DNA from: a bacterium
Lineage (GTDB): Bacteria; Bacteroidota; Bacteroidia; Sphingobacteriales; Sphingobacteriaceae
NCBI GenBank assembly: GCA_046305595.1
Contig: JBKCCA010000461.1
Location: forward strand, 1 to 42,573
Length of the DNA stretch: 42,573 bases
Direction: 5' to 3'
Position numbers and translations under genes: made by a program. This document shows positions 1 to 9,057 of this stretch, in pieces; within the stretch, counting starts at the first letter, position 1; the number at the start of each line of letters is the position of its first letter. The notes beneath the pieces are model-generated. The model saw nothing but the letters and a program-made list of their open reading frames with translations, ran no database searches and had not been told where the DNA came from.

Positions 1-870
1 AAGGTAAGTCAAGGTATGTTAGCAGAGTTCGGAGCAAAGAGGGTAATTGATACTCCTATCTCTGAATTAGGTTTTGCTGGTATTGGTGTGGGTGCAGCGA
101 TGAACGGATTGAAACCGATCATTGAATTTATGACATTTAACTTTTCATTAGTAGCTATTGACCAAGTGGTGAATGCTGCAGCGAAGATGATGTCGATGAG
201 TGGCGGACAATTCTCAGTGCCAATTGTATTTCGTGGTCCAACTGGTAACGCAGGTATGTTAAGCTCACAACACTCACAAAACTTTGAGTCGTGGTATGCA
301 AACTGTCCGGGTTTAAAAGTAGTAGTTCCCTCTAACCCATACGATGCAAAAGGATTATTAAAATCTTCAATTCTAGATCCAGATCCGGTTATCTTCATGG
401 AATCAGAAATAATGTATGGTGATAAAGGTTTTGTCCCTGAAGAAGAATATTACATAGAAATTGGTAAAGCAAAAGTAGTACAAGAAGGTACAGATGTAAC
501 AATCGTAACTTTTGGTAAAATGTTAAAAGTGGTAATGGCTGCTGCAGCAGAATTAGCAAAAGAAGGCATCAATGCTGAAGTGATTGATTTGCGTACAGTA
601 AGACCAATTGATTATGCTACCGTAATTGAGTCTATTCGTAAAACAAATAGAATGGTATTTGTTGAAGAGTCATGGCCATTAGGTTCAATCGCTACAGAAG
701 TAGCATTCAAAGTACAAAAAGATGCATTCGATTATTTAGATGCTCCAATACTAAGAGTAATGGGCGGTGACGTTCCATTGCCTTATGCACCTACGTTAAT
801 TGAAGAGTACTTGCCGAATCCGTCGAGAGTAATTAAGGCGGTGAAGGAAGTGATGTACGTGTCGAAATAG
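1..870 (+). CDS. pdhB: Pyruvate/2-oxoacid dehydrogenase E1 component beta subunit, 5'-truncated by the window edge
   Basis: ORF 16..870 stays open in frame back to base 1 (KVSQGMLAEFG...). Translation shows E1-beta/transketolase-like hallmarks (VIDTPISELGFAGIGVGAAMNGLKPI, DLRTVRPIDYATV). Confidence 0.85.
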   Translation, partial: KVSQGMLAEFGAKRVIDTPISELGFAGIGVGAAMNGLKPIIEFMTFNFSLVAIDQVVNAAAKMMSMSGGQFSVPIVFRGPTGNAGMLSSQHSQNFESWYANCPGLKVVVPSNPYDAKGLLKSSILDPDPVIFMESEIMYGDKGFVPEEEYYIEIGKAKVVQEGTDVTIVTFGKMLKVVMAAAAELAKEGINAEVIDLRTVRPIDYATVIESIRKTNRMVFVEESWPLGSIATEVAFKVQKDAFDYLDAPILRVMGGDVPLPYAPTLIEEYLPNPSRVIKAVKEVMYVSK

Positions 871-874
871 TATT

Positions 875-927
875 GAAGTAGCTAGTAGCTAGATATTTCG
901 TGACTAGTGACTTGTAACTAGTGACTA
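875..927. repeat. Heptad-periodic simple-sequence tract
   Basis: GAAGTAG CTAGTAG CTAGATA (875..895), then GTGACTA GTGACTT GTAACTA GTGACTA (900..927). Lies between the pdhB stop and its terminator. Confidence 0.8.
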
Positions 928-934
928 GAAAGAA

Positions 935-967
935 AAGGAGTTGCAATAGAATGCAGCTCCTTTTTTT
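935..967 (+). terminator. Intrinsic terminator of pdhB
   Basis: AAGGAGTTGCA (935..945) pairs with TGCAGCTCCTT (952..962) with one G-U pair and a 6-nt loop. A T-run follows to 967. Confidence 0.75.
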
Positions 968-1023
968 ATTTAAGTAGTTGATAGTAAAGGCCGATATTTT
1001 GTTGAAAAAAATGCTTGTGCTTA

Positions 1024-1060
1024 TCTATAAATAATCATCATTTTAGTAATTATTTATAGA
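1024..1060 (+). promoter_or_regulatory. 12-bp perfect inverted repeat abutting the tex start codon (operator or leader hairpin candidate)
   Basis: TCTATAAATAAT (1024..1035) and ATTATTTATAGA (1049..1060) are exact reverse complements with a 13-nt spacer. The repeat ends 1 nt before the tex ATG at 1062. Confidence 0.3.
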
Positions 1061-1061
1061 G

Positions 1062-3296
1062 ATGTTGAGTTATAATAAAATCATTGCTTCAGAACTAGGA
1101 GTTCGTGAGCAGCAGGTAGAAGCAACCGTTGGATTGTTAGATGAGGGTGCGACCATTCCATTTATTTCGAGATACCGTAAAGAAGTAACGGGTACTTTAG
1201 ATGAAGTACAAGTTGCAACTATTCGTGATAGAATTACACAGCTTAGAGAATTAGATAAGCGCAGAGAAGCGATATTAAAATCATTAGAAGAGATGGGTAA
1301 ACTCAGTGATGAGTTGAAAGAAAAAATCAATGCTGCTGATTCATTAACTGTTTTAGAAGATTTGTATTTACCATACAGACCTAAGCGTAAAACAAAAGCT
1401 AGTGTTGCAAAAGAGAAAGGCTTAGAACCTTTAGCTCTAGATATCTTCGAACAAGAAAATAAGAGTCCGATCGAATTAGCAGAAAAATTTATTGACGCTG
1501 AGAAAGGTGTGAATACTATTGAAGAAGCATTACAAGGCGCAAGAGATATTATTGCTGAGAAAATTTCTGAAGATGCAGAAGCACGTGCAAAAGTGCGTGA
1601 GATATTTTTAACGAAAGGTTTGTTTAGATCTAAAGTTATTAAGGGAAAAGAAGAAGAAGGTATTAAGTATAAAGATTATTATGAATGGTCTGAGTCTGTT
1701 AAAGATGCACCATCACATAGAATATTAGCATTGCGAAGAGGTGAAAAAGAATTATTCTTATCATTAGAAATTTCACCTGATGAAGAAGAGACAATAGAAA
1801 TATTAAATCGCATGTTTTTAAAATCTAAAAATGCATGCGCTGATGAAGTTGCATTAGCAATAAAAGACGGATACAAAAGATTGCTTGCAGCATCCATCGA
1901 AACAGAAACAAGAGTATTTACGAAAGCGAAAGCTGATGAAGAAGCGATCAAGGTTTTTGCTGAGAATGCAAGACAGTTGTTGCTTTCAGCGCCGCTCGGA
2001 CAAAAACGTACATTGGCGATTGATCCAGGATTTAGAACAGGTTGTAAGGTGGTATGTTTAGATGAGCAAGGAAAATTATTAGAGAACACAACTATTTATC
2101 CGCATGAACCGCAGAAGAAATTATTAGAGGCTCAAGCGATCATCAAACAATTAGTTGATAAATATAATATTGAATCAATTGCGATTGGTAATGGTACAGC
2201 GGGTAGAGAAACAGAAGCGATAATACGTGCGATGAATTTACCAAATGTATTGGTGGTAATGGTGAATGAAAGTGGGGCTTCTATTTATTCTGCTTCGGAT
2301 GTTGCTAGAGAAGAATTCCCTGACTATGATATCACTGTAAGAGGTGCTGTATCAATTGGTAGAAGGTTGATGGATCCATTAGCTGAATTAGTAAAGATCG
2401 ATCCGAAGTCAATTGGAGTCGGGCAATATCAGCACGATGTAGATCAAAATAAATTACAAAAATCTTTAGATGATGTAGTGAGTAGTTCGGTGAATGCAGT
2501 TGGTGTAGAATTAAATACAGCATCGAAACAATTATTATCATACGTATCGGGTTTAGGTCCGGTTTTAGCACAAAACATCATTGAATTCAGAAATGCAAAT
2601 GGAGCATTTAAGTCGCGATCAGAATTAAAGAAAGTAGCGCGATTAGGTGATAAAGCATTTGAACAAGCAGCAGGATTCTTACGTATACGTGGTGCTGCAA
2701 ATCCTTTAGATGCAAGCGCTGTACACCCTGAAAGATATTCATTGGTAGAGCAGATGGCGAAAGATTTAAAATGTTCGTTAACAGATTTAATGAGCAGTGA
2801 TGAATTGCGAAAAAAATTAGATTTAAATAAATACGTATCTGATGAAGTAGGCTTGCCGACATTAAAAGATATCATGAGTGAATTATCAAAACCAGGGCGT
2901 GATCCGCGTGAGCAATTTGAAATCATTCAATTTACTGATGGAGTAAATAGCATCGAAGATTTAAGAATAGGTATGCAATTAACAGGCATCGTTACCAACT
3001 TAACAAAGTTCGGAGCCTTTGTAGACATTGGGGTTCACCAAGATGGCTTAGTGCATGTATCGCATATTTCTAATACATTTATTGATGACCCGGCGAAAGT
3101 TTTGAAGGTTCAGCAGAAGGTAAAAGTTTCTGTATTAGAGGTGGATGTTGCGCGCAAGAGAATTTCATTATCGATGAAAACTGAGTCAGCACCTAAACCA
3201 AAATCACAACAGAAAAAAGAAGGTCAACCGCAGAAATCAGATGAGCAAAGTATGAAAGAAAAATTAGCGATGTTGGCTTCGAAGTTTGGGAAATAG
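1062..3296 (+). CDS. tex: Tex-like transcription accessory protein with C-terminal S1 RNA-binding domain
   Basis: 744-aa ORF. N-terminus LGVREQQVEATVGLLDEGATIPFISRYRKE is typical of Tex/YqgF-domain proteins. C-terminal S1 domain GMQLTGIVTNLTKFGAFVDIGVHQDGLVHVS. Confidence 0.92.
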   Translation: MLSYNKIIASELGVREQQVEATVGLLDEGATIPFISRYRKEVTGTLDEVQVATIRDRITQLRELDKRREAILKSLEEMGKLSDELKEKINAADSLTVLEDLYLPYRPKRKTKASVAKEKGLEPLALDIFEQENKSPIELAEKFIDAEKGVNTIEEALQGARDIIAEKISEDAEARAKVREIFLTKGLFRSKVIKGKEEEGIKYKDYYEWSESVKDAPSHRILALRRGEKELFLSLEISPDEEETIEILNRMFLKSKNACADEVALAIKDGYKRLLAASIETETRVFTKAKADEEAIKVFAENARQLLLSAPLGQKRTLAIDPGFRTGCKVVCLDEQGKLLENTTIYPHEPQKKLLEAQAIIKQLVDKYNIESIAIGNGTAGRETEAIIRAMNLPNVLVVMVNESGASIYSASDVAREEFPDYDITVRGAVSIGRRLMDPLAELVKIDPKSIGVGQYQHDVDQNKLQKSLDDVVSSSVNAVGVELNTASKQLLSYVSGLGPVLAQNIIEFRNANGAFKSRSELKKVARLGDKAFEQAAGFLRIRGAANPLDASAVHPERYSLVEQMAKDLKCSLTDLMSSDELRKKLDLNKYVSDEVGLPTLKDIMSELSKPGRDPREQFEIIQFTDGVNSIEDLRIGMQLTGIVTNLTKFGAFVDIGVHQDGLVHVSHISNTFIDDPAKVLKVQQKVKVSVLEVDVARKRISLSMKTESAPKPKSQQKKEGQPQKSDEQSMKEKLAMLASKFGK

Positions 3297-3683
3297 TTAC
3301 TTCGGAAAATTAATCTCATCATTCACAATAAACACTGAAGGAAATTCTTTTTCAACTTTCTTCATGAGTTTGTATGCTTCTAATCGAGATCTGAAATCAC
3401 CTACACGTAAGCGGAAGTATGGTTGTTGATAGATGAGGTATGATTCTACATCGGGGTGTAGTTGTGCAAATTTAGATTTGAGTTCGAGGGCTTCGGTTCT
3501 ATTGCCTCCGTAATATAGTTGCACTCTGAATCCTTGAATACTCGGTTTCTGTTGATCTAATTCTAATTTCTTTTGTAGAAGTACATCTACTTTATTGTCG
3601 ATGATCCAATTTACTTTTGCAGTATCTTGTGACCATGCGAATTTTGAAAGAAGAATTAAAATAAACAGAAACCTAGTTTTCAT
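3297..3683 (-). CDS. SPOR domain-containing secreted protein
   Basis: 128 aa with signal peptide MKTRFLFILILLSKFAWSQ and a SPOR-like segment (FRVQLYYGGNRTEALELKSKF...YFRLRVGDFRSRLEAYKLMKKV). Starts 3 nt after the secA stop, so it is probably co-transcribed. Confidence 0.75.
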   Translation of the reverse strand: MKTRFLFILILLSKFAWSQDTAKVNWIIDNKVDVLLQKKLELDQQKPSIQGFRVQLYYGGNRTEALELKSKFAQLHPDVESYLIYQQPYFRLRVGDFRSRLEAYKLMKKVEKEFPSVFIVNDEINFPK

Positions 3684-3686
3684 AAT

Positions 3687-6600
3687 TTATACTGTTTCGG
3701 CAGCGCCGTGACAATTCTTATATTTTTTACCACTACCACAAGGGCAAGGATCGTTTCTACCTGTCTTCTGCTCAACACGCACTGGCTGTGCTTTAGGTTG
3801 AGGCATTTCAGGTATACCACCTGCACTAGGGTCAGCGATTGAATTCTCTGGTCTACTAGTTTTTACTTTGCTATCGTTACGAGGCATGTTACGAGCTTCT
3901 TTCACATCATCAGATGATGCTTGACTCGGAATGCTACCTTTAAATATAAAACTCAAAGTATCTTTGTTCACTGTAGAAATCATTTGCTTAAATAATTCAA
4001 ACGATTCGAATTTGTAAATCAACAAAGGATCTTTTTGTTCGTAGACTGCATTTTGAACAGATTGTTTTAATTCATCCATCTCACGTAAATGTTCTTTCCA
4101 AGCATCATCAATTAATGCAAGTACTACAGAACGTTCAAATGATTTTACTAAATCTTTACCTTGTGTATCGAATGCTTTTTTAAGATTCGTAGTAATTTGT
4201 ATTTGCTTGATACCATCAGTAAATGGTACTACAATATTTTCAATCGTTTGTCCGCGGTTCTCATAAACATCTTTCACTACCGGGAAAGTCATCTCAGCCA
4301 TACGTGCTGATTTACGTTGGTAGAAATCATTTAATTGATGATACAATTGATCAACAATTTTATCTGATTTAGAATTTAAGAAATCATCTTCAGAGAACTC
4401 AACATCGACAGAGAACAAACGAATCATTTCTAATCTGAAGCCTTCGTAATTTTTCTCATCTTGATATTGCGCGACTAATTCTTCGCAGATATCGATTAAC
4501 ATATTGTCGACATCAACATCTAAACGCTCACCGAATAATGCATTGTGACGCTTGTTATAAATCACGGAACGTTGTGAGTTCATCACATCATCATATTCTA
4601 ACAAACGCTTACGTATACCGAAGTTATTTTCTTCTACTTTTTTCTGAGCACGTTCAATAGATTTAGTAATCATTGAATGTTGAATCACTTCACCTTCTTC
4701 TAATCCCATACGATCCATCAACGATGCAATTCTACCAGAACCAAACATCCTCATTAAATCATCTTCTAATGATACGAAGAATTGCGATGAACCTGGGTCA
4801 CCTTGACGACCTGCACGACCTCTTAATTGTCTATCAACACGACGTGAATCATGTCTCTCAGTACCAATGATTGCAAGTCCGCCTGCTTCTTTCACATTCT
4901 CACCCAACTTAATGTCGGTACCACGACCCGCCATATTCGTAGCGATCGTTACAGTACCTGACTTACCAGCTTCGGCAACGATGTCGGCTTCTTTCTGATG
5001 AAGTTTCGCGTTCAACACTTGGTGTTTAATACCACGAAGTTTCAACATTCTACTTAGCAATTCAGAAATCTCTACAGAAGTAGTACCTACAAGTACTGGT
5101 CTTCCGTTGGATGTTAGCTCTACAATTTCTTCAACAACAGCATTGTATTTTTCACGCTTTGTTTTGTAAACTTTATCTTCATTGTCTTTACGTGAAACAG
5201 GTCTGTTCGTTGGAATTTCAACAACATCTAATTTGTAAATTTCCCAGAACTCACCAGCTTCAGTAGTAGCTGTACCCGTCATACCACAAAGCTTGTGATA
5301 CATTCTGAAATAGTTTTGAAGTGTAACAGTTGCATACGTTTGCGTAGCATCTTCAACCTTCACATTTTCTTTTGCTTCAATTGCTTGATGTAAGCCGTCA
5401 GAGTAACGACGACCTTCCATGATACGACCAGTTTGTTCGTCGACAATTTTTATCTTACCACTATCGATGATGTACTCAACATCTTTTTCGAAAAGTGTAT
5501 ATGCTTTTAATAATTGATTCACTGAGTGAATACGTTCAGACTTAATTGAGAAGTCGCGCATCAATTCATCTTTACGTTGAATCTTTTCTGCGTCGCTCAA
5601 TGTTGCCTTTTCGATTTCAGCTATTTCAGAGCCCACATCCGGGAGTATAAAGAAATTAGCATCTTCACCTGATGAGGTAATTAATTCGATACCTTTTTCT
5701 GTAAGCTCTATTGAATTATTTTTTTCGTCGATAACAAAATAAAGTTCAGCATCTACTTTATGCATTTCTCTTTGTTGATCTTGCATGTAGAAGTTTTCAG
5801 TCTTCGTTAAAATTTGACGATTACCAGTTTCACTTAAGAATTTTATTAATGCTTTATTTTTCGGTAAGCCTCTGAAAGCACGCAATAATGCTAATCCGCC
5901 TTCATCAACTTTATTCTCCCCAATTAATTTTTTCGCATCTAACAATGCAGTGTTCAAATAATTTTTTTGAGCATTCACCAAGCGTTCGATGCGTGGTTTC
6001 AAATCATAAAACTCATGTTGATCACCACGAGGTATAGGTCCAGATATAATCAATGGTGTTCTCGCATCATCAATCAATACAGAGTCAACCTCATCGACCA
6101 TTGCGAAATGAAGTTTACGTTGCACTAAGTCTTCTGGACTATGCGCCATGTTATCTCTTAGGTAGTCGAAACCAAATTCGTTGTTCGTACCAAAAGTAAT
6201 ATCAGCTTGATATGCATTTCTTCTTGCTTGAGAATTAGGTTGATGTTTATCAATACAGTCAACAGTTAAGCCATGGAATTCATACAATGGTCCCATCCAC
6301 TCACTATCACGACGTGCTAAGTAATCATTCACTGTAACGATGTGAACTCCTTTACCAGCAAGAGCGTTAAGGTATGCAGGTAGAGTAGCTACTAAAGTTT
6401 TACCTTCACCAGTACCCATCTCAGAAATTTTACCAGAGTGAAGTACATAACCACCGATTAACTGTACATCATAGTGCACCATGCCCCAAGTCATTTCATT
6501 ACCAGCGGCAATCCATGAACGATGATGCAAAGCTTTATCACCTTTGATGGCAACGTTTTGTTTGTAGGCAGCTAATTCTTTGTCAGCATCAGTAGCAGTA

Positions 6601-6917
6601 ACTTCGATGAATTCGTTTTCTCTTTTCTCTAACTTATCGATTTGCGTATATAAATCAACCTTCTCAGTCATGTCGATGCTAAGGTCGCTTTCAACTCTAT
6701 CTTTAATGCTTTTTATTTCAGAGGCTACTTCGGATGTGTGCTCTTTGATTCTTTTTTTGAAATCGAGGGTTTTAGCTCTCAGCTCATCATGACTAATTGA
6801 CTGCAATTTTTCATATTCAGCTTTAATCTTCTCTACAACCGGAGTAATTTCCTTTATATCTCTATCTGATTTGTTCCCGAATAACTTGGATACAAAAGAA
6901 GTAATGAAATTTGACAT
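3687..6917 (-). CDS. secA: Preprotein translocase ATPase SecA
   Basis: 1076-aa ORF with SecA DEAD-motor motifs ([56 protein letters not shown]). C-terminal zinc-binding tail [14 protein letters not shown]. Confidence 0.97.
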   Translation of the reverse strand: MSNFITSFVSKLFGNKSDRDIKEITPVVEKIKAEYEKLQSISHDELRAKTLDFKKRIKEHTSEVASEIKSIKDRVESDLSIDMTEKVDLYTQIDKLEKRENEFIEVTATDADKELAAYKQNVAIKGDKALHHRSWIAAGNEMTWGMVHYDVQLIGGYVLHSGKISEMGTGEGKTLVATLPAYLNALAGKGVHIVTVNDYLARRDSEWMGPLYEFHGLTVDCIDKHQPNSQARRNAYQADITFGTNNEFGFDYLRDNMAHSPEDLVQRKLHFAMVDEVDSVLIDDARTPLIISGPIPRGDQHEFYDLKPRIERLVNAQKNYLNTALLDAKKLIGENKVDEGGLALLRAFRGLPKNKALIKFLSETGNRQILTKTENFYMQDQQREMHKVDAELYFVIDEKNNSIELTEKGIELITSSGEDANFFILPDVGSEIAEIEKATLSDAEKIQRKDELMRDFSIKSERIHSVNQLLKAYTLFEKDVEYIIDSGKIKIVDEQTGRIMEGRRYSDGLHQAIEAKENVKVEDATQTYATVTLQNYFRMYHKLCGMTGTATTEAGEFWEIYKLDVVEIPTNRPVSRKDNEDKVYKTKREKYNAVVEEIVELTSNGRPVLVGTTSVEISELLSRMLKLRGIKHQVLNAKLHQKEADIVAEAGKSGTVTIATNMAGRGTDIKLGENVKEAGGLAIIGTERHDSRRVDRQLRGRAGRQGDPGSSQFFVSLEDDLMRMFGSGRIASLMDRMGLEEGEVIQHSMITKSIERAQKKVEENNFGIRKRLLEYDDVMNSQRSVIYNKRHNALFGERLDVDVDNMLIDICEELVAQYQDEKNYEGFRLEMIRLFSVDVEFSEDDFLNSKSDKIVDQLYHQLNDFYQRKSARMAEMTFPVVKDVYENRGQTIENIVVPFTDGIKQIQITTNLKKAFDTQGKDLVKSFERSVVLALIDDAWKEHLREMDELKQSVQNAVYEQKDPLLIYKFESFELFKQMISTVNKDTLSFIFKGSIPSQASSDDVKEARNMPRNDSKVKTSRPENSIADPSAGGIPEMPQPKAQPVRVEQKTGRNDPCPCGSGKKYKNCHGAAETV

Positions 6918-7006
6918 GTATTTTTAATTATAATTCTTTATTAATTACCAAAAGTCTTGCCAATAGGCGTATTTGACAGAATGGCATAAGTACAAATATA
7001 ATGTTT

Positions 7007-7100
7007 AGATTCAGAATTAAAGATTCAGAATGCTAATTAAGAGTTAAGAATTAAGGGTTAAGAACGATTTCGCAGTACTCAATACGCAGTACTCAATACG
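7007..7100. repeat. Heptad-periodic simple-sequence tract made of three different 14-mers, each tandemly duplicated
   Basis: AGATTCAGAATTAA / AGATTCAGAATGCT (7007..7034), TTAAGAGTTAAGAA / TTAAGGGTTAAGAA (7037..7064), CGCAGTACTCAATA x2 (7071..7098). One continuous 7-nt register runs across 94 nt. Confidence 0.85.
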
Positions 7101-7111
7101 TTTTTATTTAT

Positions 7112-7119
7112 TACTTTTG
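7112..7119 (+). promoter_or_regulatory. Candidate Bacteroidota -7 promoter box for purD
   Basis: TACTTTTG matches TAnnTTTG, 19 nt upstream of the purD ATG. No clean -33 TTTG was seen. Confidence 0.3.
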
Positions 7120-7137
7120 CTCAAATTCAATTCAATA

Positions 7138-8418
7138 ATGAACATTTTACTATTAGGCTCAGGGGGCAGAGAATCGGCATTTGCTTGGAAAATATCTCAA
7201 AGTAAAGATTGTACACAATTGTATGTTGCACCTGGAAATGCGGGAACATCCGAATACGGAATTAACGTAAACATGAGTGCTACAGATTTTGATGCGATCA
7301 AGAATTTCTGTGTGGAGAATGATATTAGTTTGGTGGTAGTCGGACCTGAAGATCCATTGGTGAAGGGTATTGTAGATTTCTTTGCAGATGATGAAGAGAT
7401 CATGCATATACCGGTTATTGGTCCGAGTAAAGAAGGTGCTCAATTAGAAGGCAGCAAAGATTACAGCAAGAGATTTATGCAGCGACATAACATACCAACT
7501 GCTGCGTATGAAACATTTACAAAAGAAGAATTAGAAAAAGGATTAGCGTATCTAGATCAGCATACATTACCGATTGTATTGAAGGCCGACGGATTAGCGG
7601 CGGGTAAGGGAGTGTTGATTTGCGATGATAGAGACGAGGCGAAAGAAGAATTACGATTGATGTTAGCAGAAGCAAAGTTTGGTGAAGCGAGTCAGAAAGT
7701 TGTCGTAGAAGAATTTTTATCGGGTATAGAATTATCAGTGTTTGTCTTGTCAGATAATTTTCATTACTTGATATTGCCAGAGGCTAAAGATTATAAAAGA
7801 ATTGGTGAGGGAGACAGCGGATTGAATACTGGTGGAATGGGTTCGATATCACCGGTGCCTTTTGCAAATGAGGAGTTCATGAAGAAGGTAGAGGAGCGAA
7901 TTGTGATACCGACAGTAGAAGGATTGGCATCCGAAGAAATAGATTACAGAGGATTTATTTTCATCGGATTGATGAATGTTGGAGGAGAGCCATATGTTAT
8001 TGAGTATAATGTGCGCATGGGTGACCCAGAAACGGAGAGTGTGTTGGTGCGAATTCAAAATGATTTGGTAGATTTATTTATGGCGGTGGCAGATGCGAGA
8101 TTGTCAGATAAGAGAATTCAGATTGACCCTCGTCATGCAGCAACGGTGATGTTAGTTTCAGGCGGATACCCTGGTGATTATGAAAAAGGAAAGGAAATTA
8201 CAGCATTAGAAAACATTCATAACAGCCATGTGTTTCATGCAGGTACGAGTATGAAAGATGGAAAAGTTGTTACGAGTGGAGGAAGAGTAATTGCAGTGAC
8301 GAGTTTAGATTCGAGCAAAGAAGAAGCATTGAATCGTTCGAATAAATATGCAGAGCAAATACAGTACGAAGGGAAATATTTTAGAAGAGATATAGGTAAA
8401 GATTTAATGAACTATTAA
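7138..8418 (+). CDS. purD: Phosphoribosylamine--glycine ligase
   Basis: ORF-track entry starts at TTG 7117. ATG 7138 gives the canonical N-terminus MNILLLGSGGRESAFAWK. ATP-grasp body and the C-terminal GGRV motif (SGGRVIAVTS) are present. Confidence 0.95.
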   Translation: MNILLLGSGGRESAFAWKISQSKDCTQLYVAPGNAGTSEYGINVNMSATDFDAIKNFCVENDISLVVVGPEDPLVKGIVDFFADDEEIMHIPVIGPSKEGAQLEGSKDYSKRFMQRHNIPTAAYETFTKEELEKGLAYLDQHTLPIVLKADGLAAGKGVLICDDRDEAKEELRLMLAEAKFGEASQKVVVEEFLSGIELSVFVLSDNFHYLILPEAKDYKRIGEGDSGLNTGGMGSISPVPFANEEFMKKVEERIVIPTVEGLASEEIDYRGFIFIGLMNVGGEPYVIEYNVRMGDPETESVLVRIQNDLVDLFMAVADARLSDKRIQIDPRHAATVMLVSGGYPGDYEKGKEITALENIHNSHVFHAGTSMKDGKVVTSGGRVIAVTSLDSSKEEALNRSNKYAEQIQYEGKYFRRDIGKDLMNY

Positions 8419-8428
8419 ATATAAAATT

Positions 8429-8578
8429 ATGAAAGAGGTTTTAACTTATTTCTTTAGAAAAAAAGATCCTAATCGCCCGAGTAGCTTTAATTTAAAGGCC
8501 ATGCACACGATCAATAAAATTTCTATTATTGTGTTTTTGGTAGGGTTGATCATTTATTTGATTAGGAGACTTCTTTAA
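8429..8578 (+). CDS. Hypothetical small membrane protein (49 aa)
   Basis: ATG 8429 to TAA 8576..8578, below the ORF-track size cut-off. Sequence MKEVLTYFFRKKDPNRPSSFNLKAMHTINKISIIVFLVGLIIYLIRRLL has one C-terminal hydrophobic helix. Begins 10 nt after the purD stop. Confidence 0.35.
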   Translation: MKEVLTYFFRKKDPNRPSSFNLKAMHTINKISIIVFLVGLIIYLIRRLL

Positions 8579-8580
8579 CT

Positions 8581-8668
8581 GTATTAAGTATTATGTACAA
8601 AGTATTAAGTACATGATACCTAATACCTAATACCTAATACCTAATACATATTACTTTGTACTTAATAC
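8581..8668. repeat. Heptad-periodic tract forming an imperfect palindrome around (ATACCTA)x4
   Basis: 13 heptads in one register: GTATTAA GTATTAT GTACAAA GTATTAA GTACATG ATACCTA x4 ATACATA TTACTTT GTACTTA ATAC. GTATTAAGTAC (8602..8612) is the reverse complement of GTACTTAATAC (8658..8668). GTACAAAGTA (8595..8604) is the reverse complement of TACTTTGTAC (8652..8661). Confidence 0.85.
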
Positions 8669-8675
8669 AATTTTT

Positions 8676-9056
8676 ATGAAGCAAATTATTAATACAAAAA
8701 GAGCACCTTCGCCAATTGGCCCATACAGTCAAGCGGTGTTTGCGAATAATACATTATATATTTCCGGACAAATAGCTATTAATCCGGAGAATGATCATTT
8801 ATTGGTTGGTGATATAGAAGTAGAGACACATCAGGTGATGGAAAATTTGAAGACGATTTTACGTGAGGCGGAAATGGATTTTTCAAATGTTGTGAAGACA
8901 AGTATTTTCTTATCAGACATGGCACATTTTGCAATTGTGAATGAGGTGTATCATACTTACTTTTCTGGTGATTACCCAGCTCGTGAAACGGTTGCTGTAT
9001 TAGGATTACCAAAAAATGTGAACGTTGAGATTTCAATGATTGCAGTAAAAGCGTAA
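8676..9056 (+). CDS. ridA: RidA/YjgF family reactive-intermediate deaminase
   Basis: 126 aa. APSPIGPYSQAV...YISGQI and the C-terminal VEISMIA are typical of the YjgF/RidA family. Confidence 0.9.
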   Translation: MKQIINTKRAPSPIGPYSQAVFANNTLYISGQIAINPENDHLLVGDIEVETHQVMENLKTILREAEMDFSNVVKTSIFLSDMAHFAIVNEVYHTYFSGDYPARETVAVLGLPKNVNVEISMIAVKA

Positions 9057-9057
9057 G

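Noticed and set aside
8616-8643. Heptad and 14-mer tandem repeats considered as CRISPR arrays or as coding repeats.
   Set aside because: The repeat units are 7-14 nt with no spacers, far shorter than CRISPR repeats. No cas genes are present. A period of 7 is incompatible with a reading frame.
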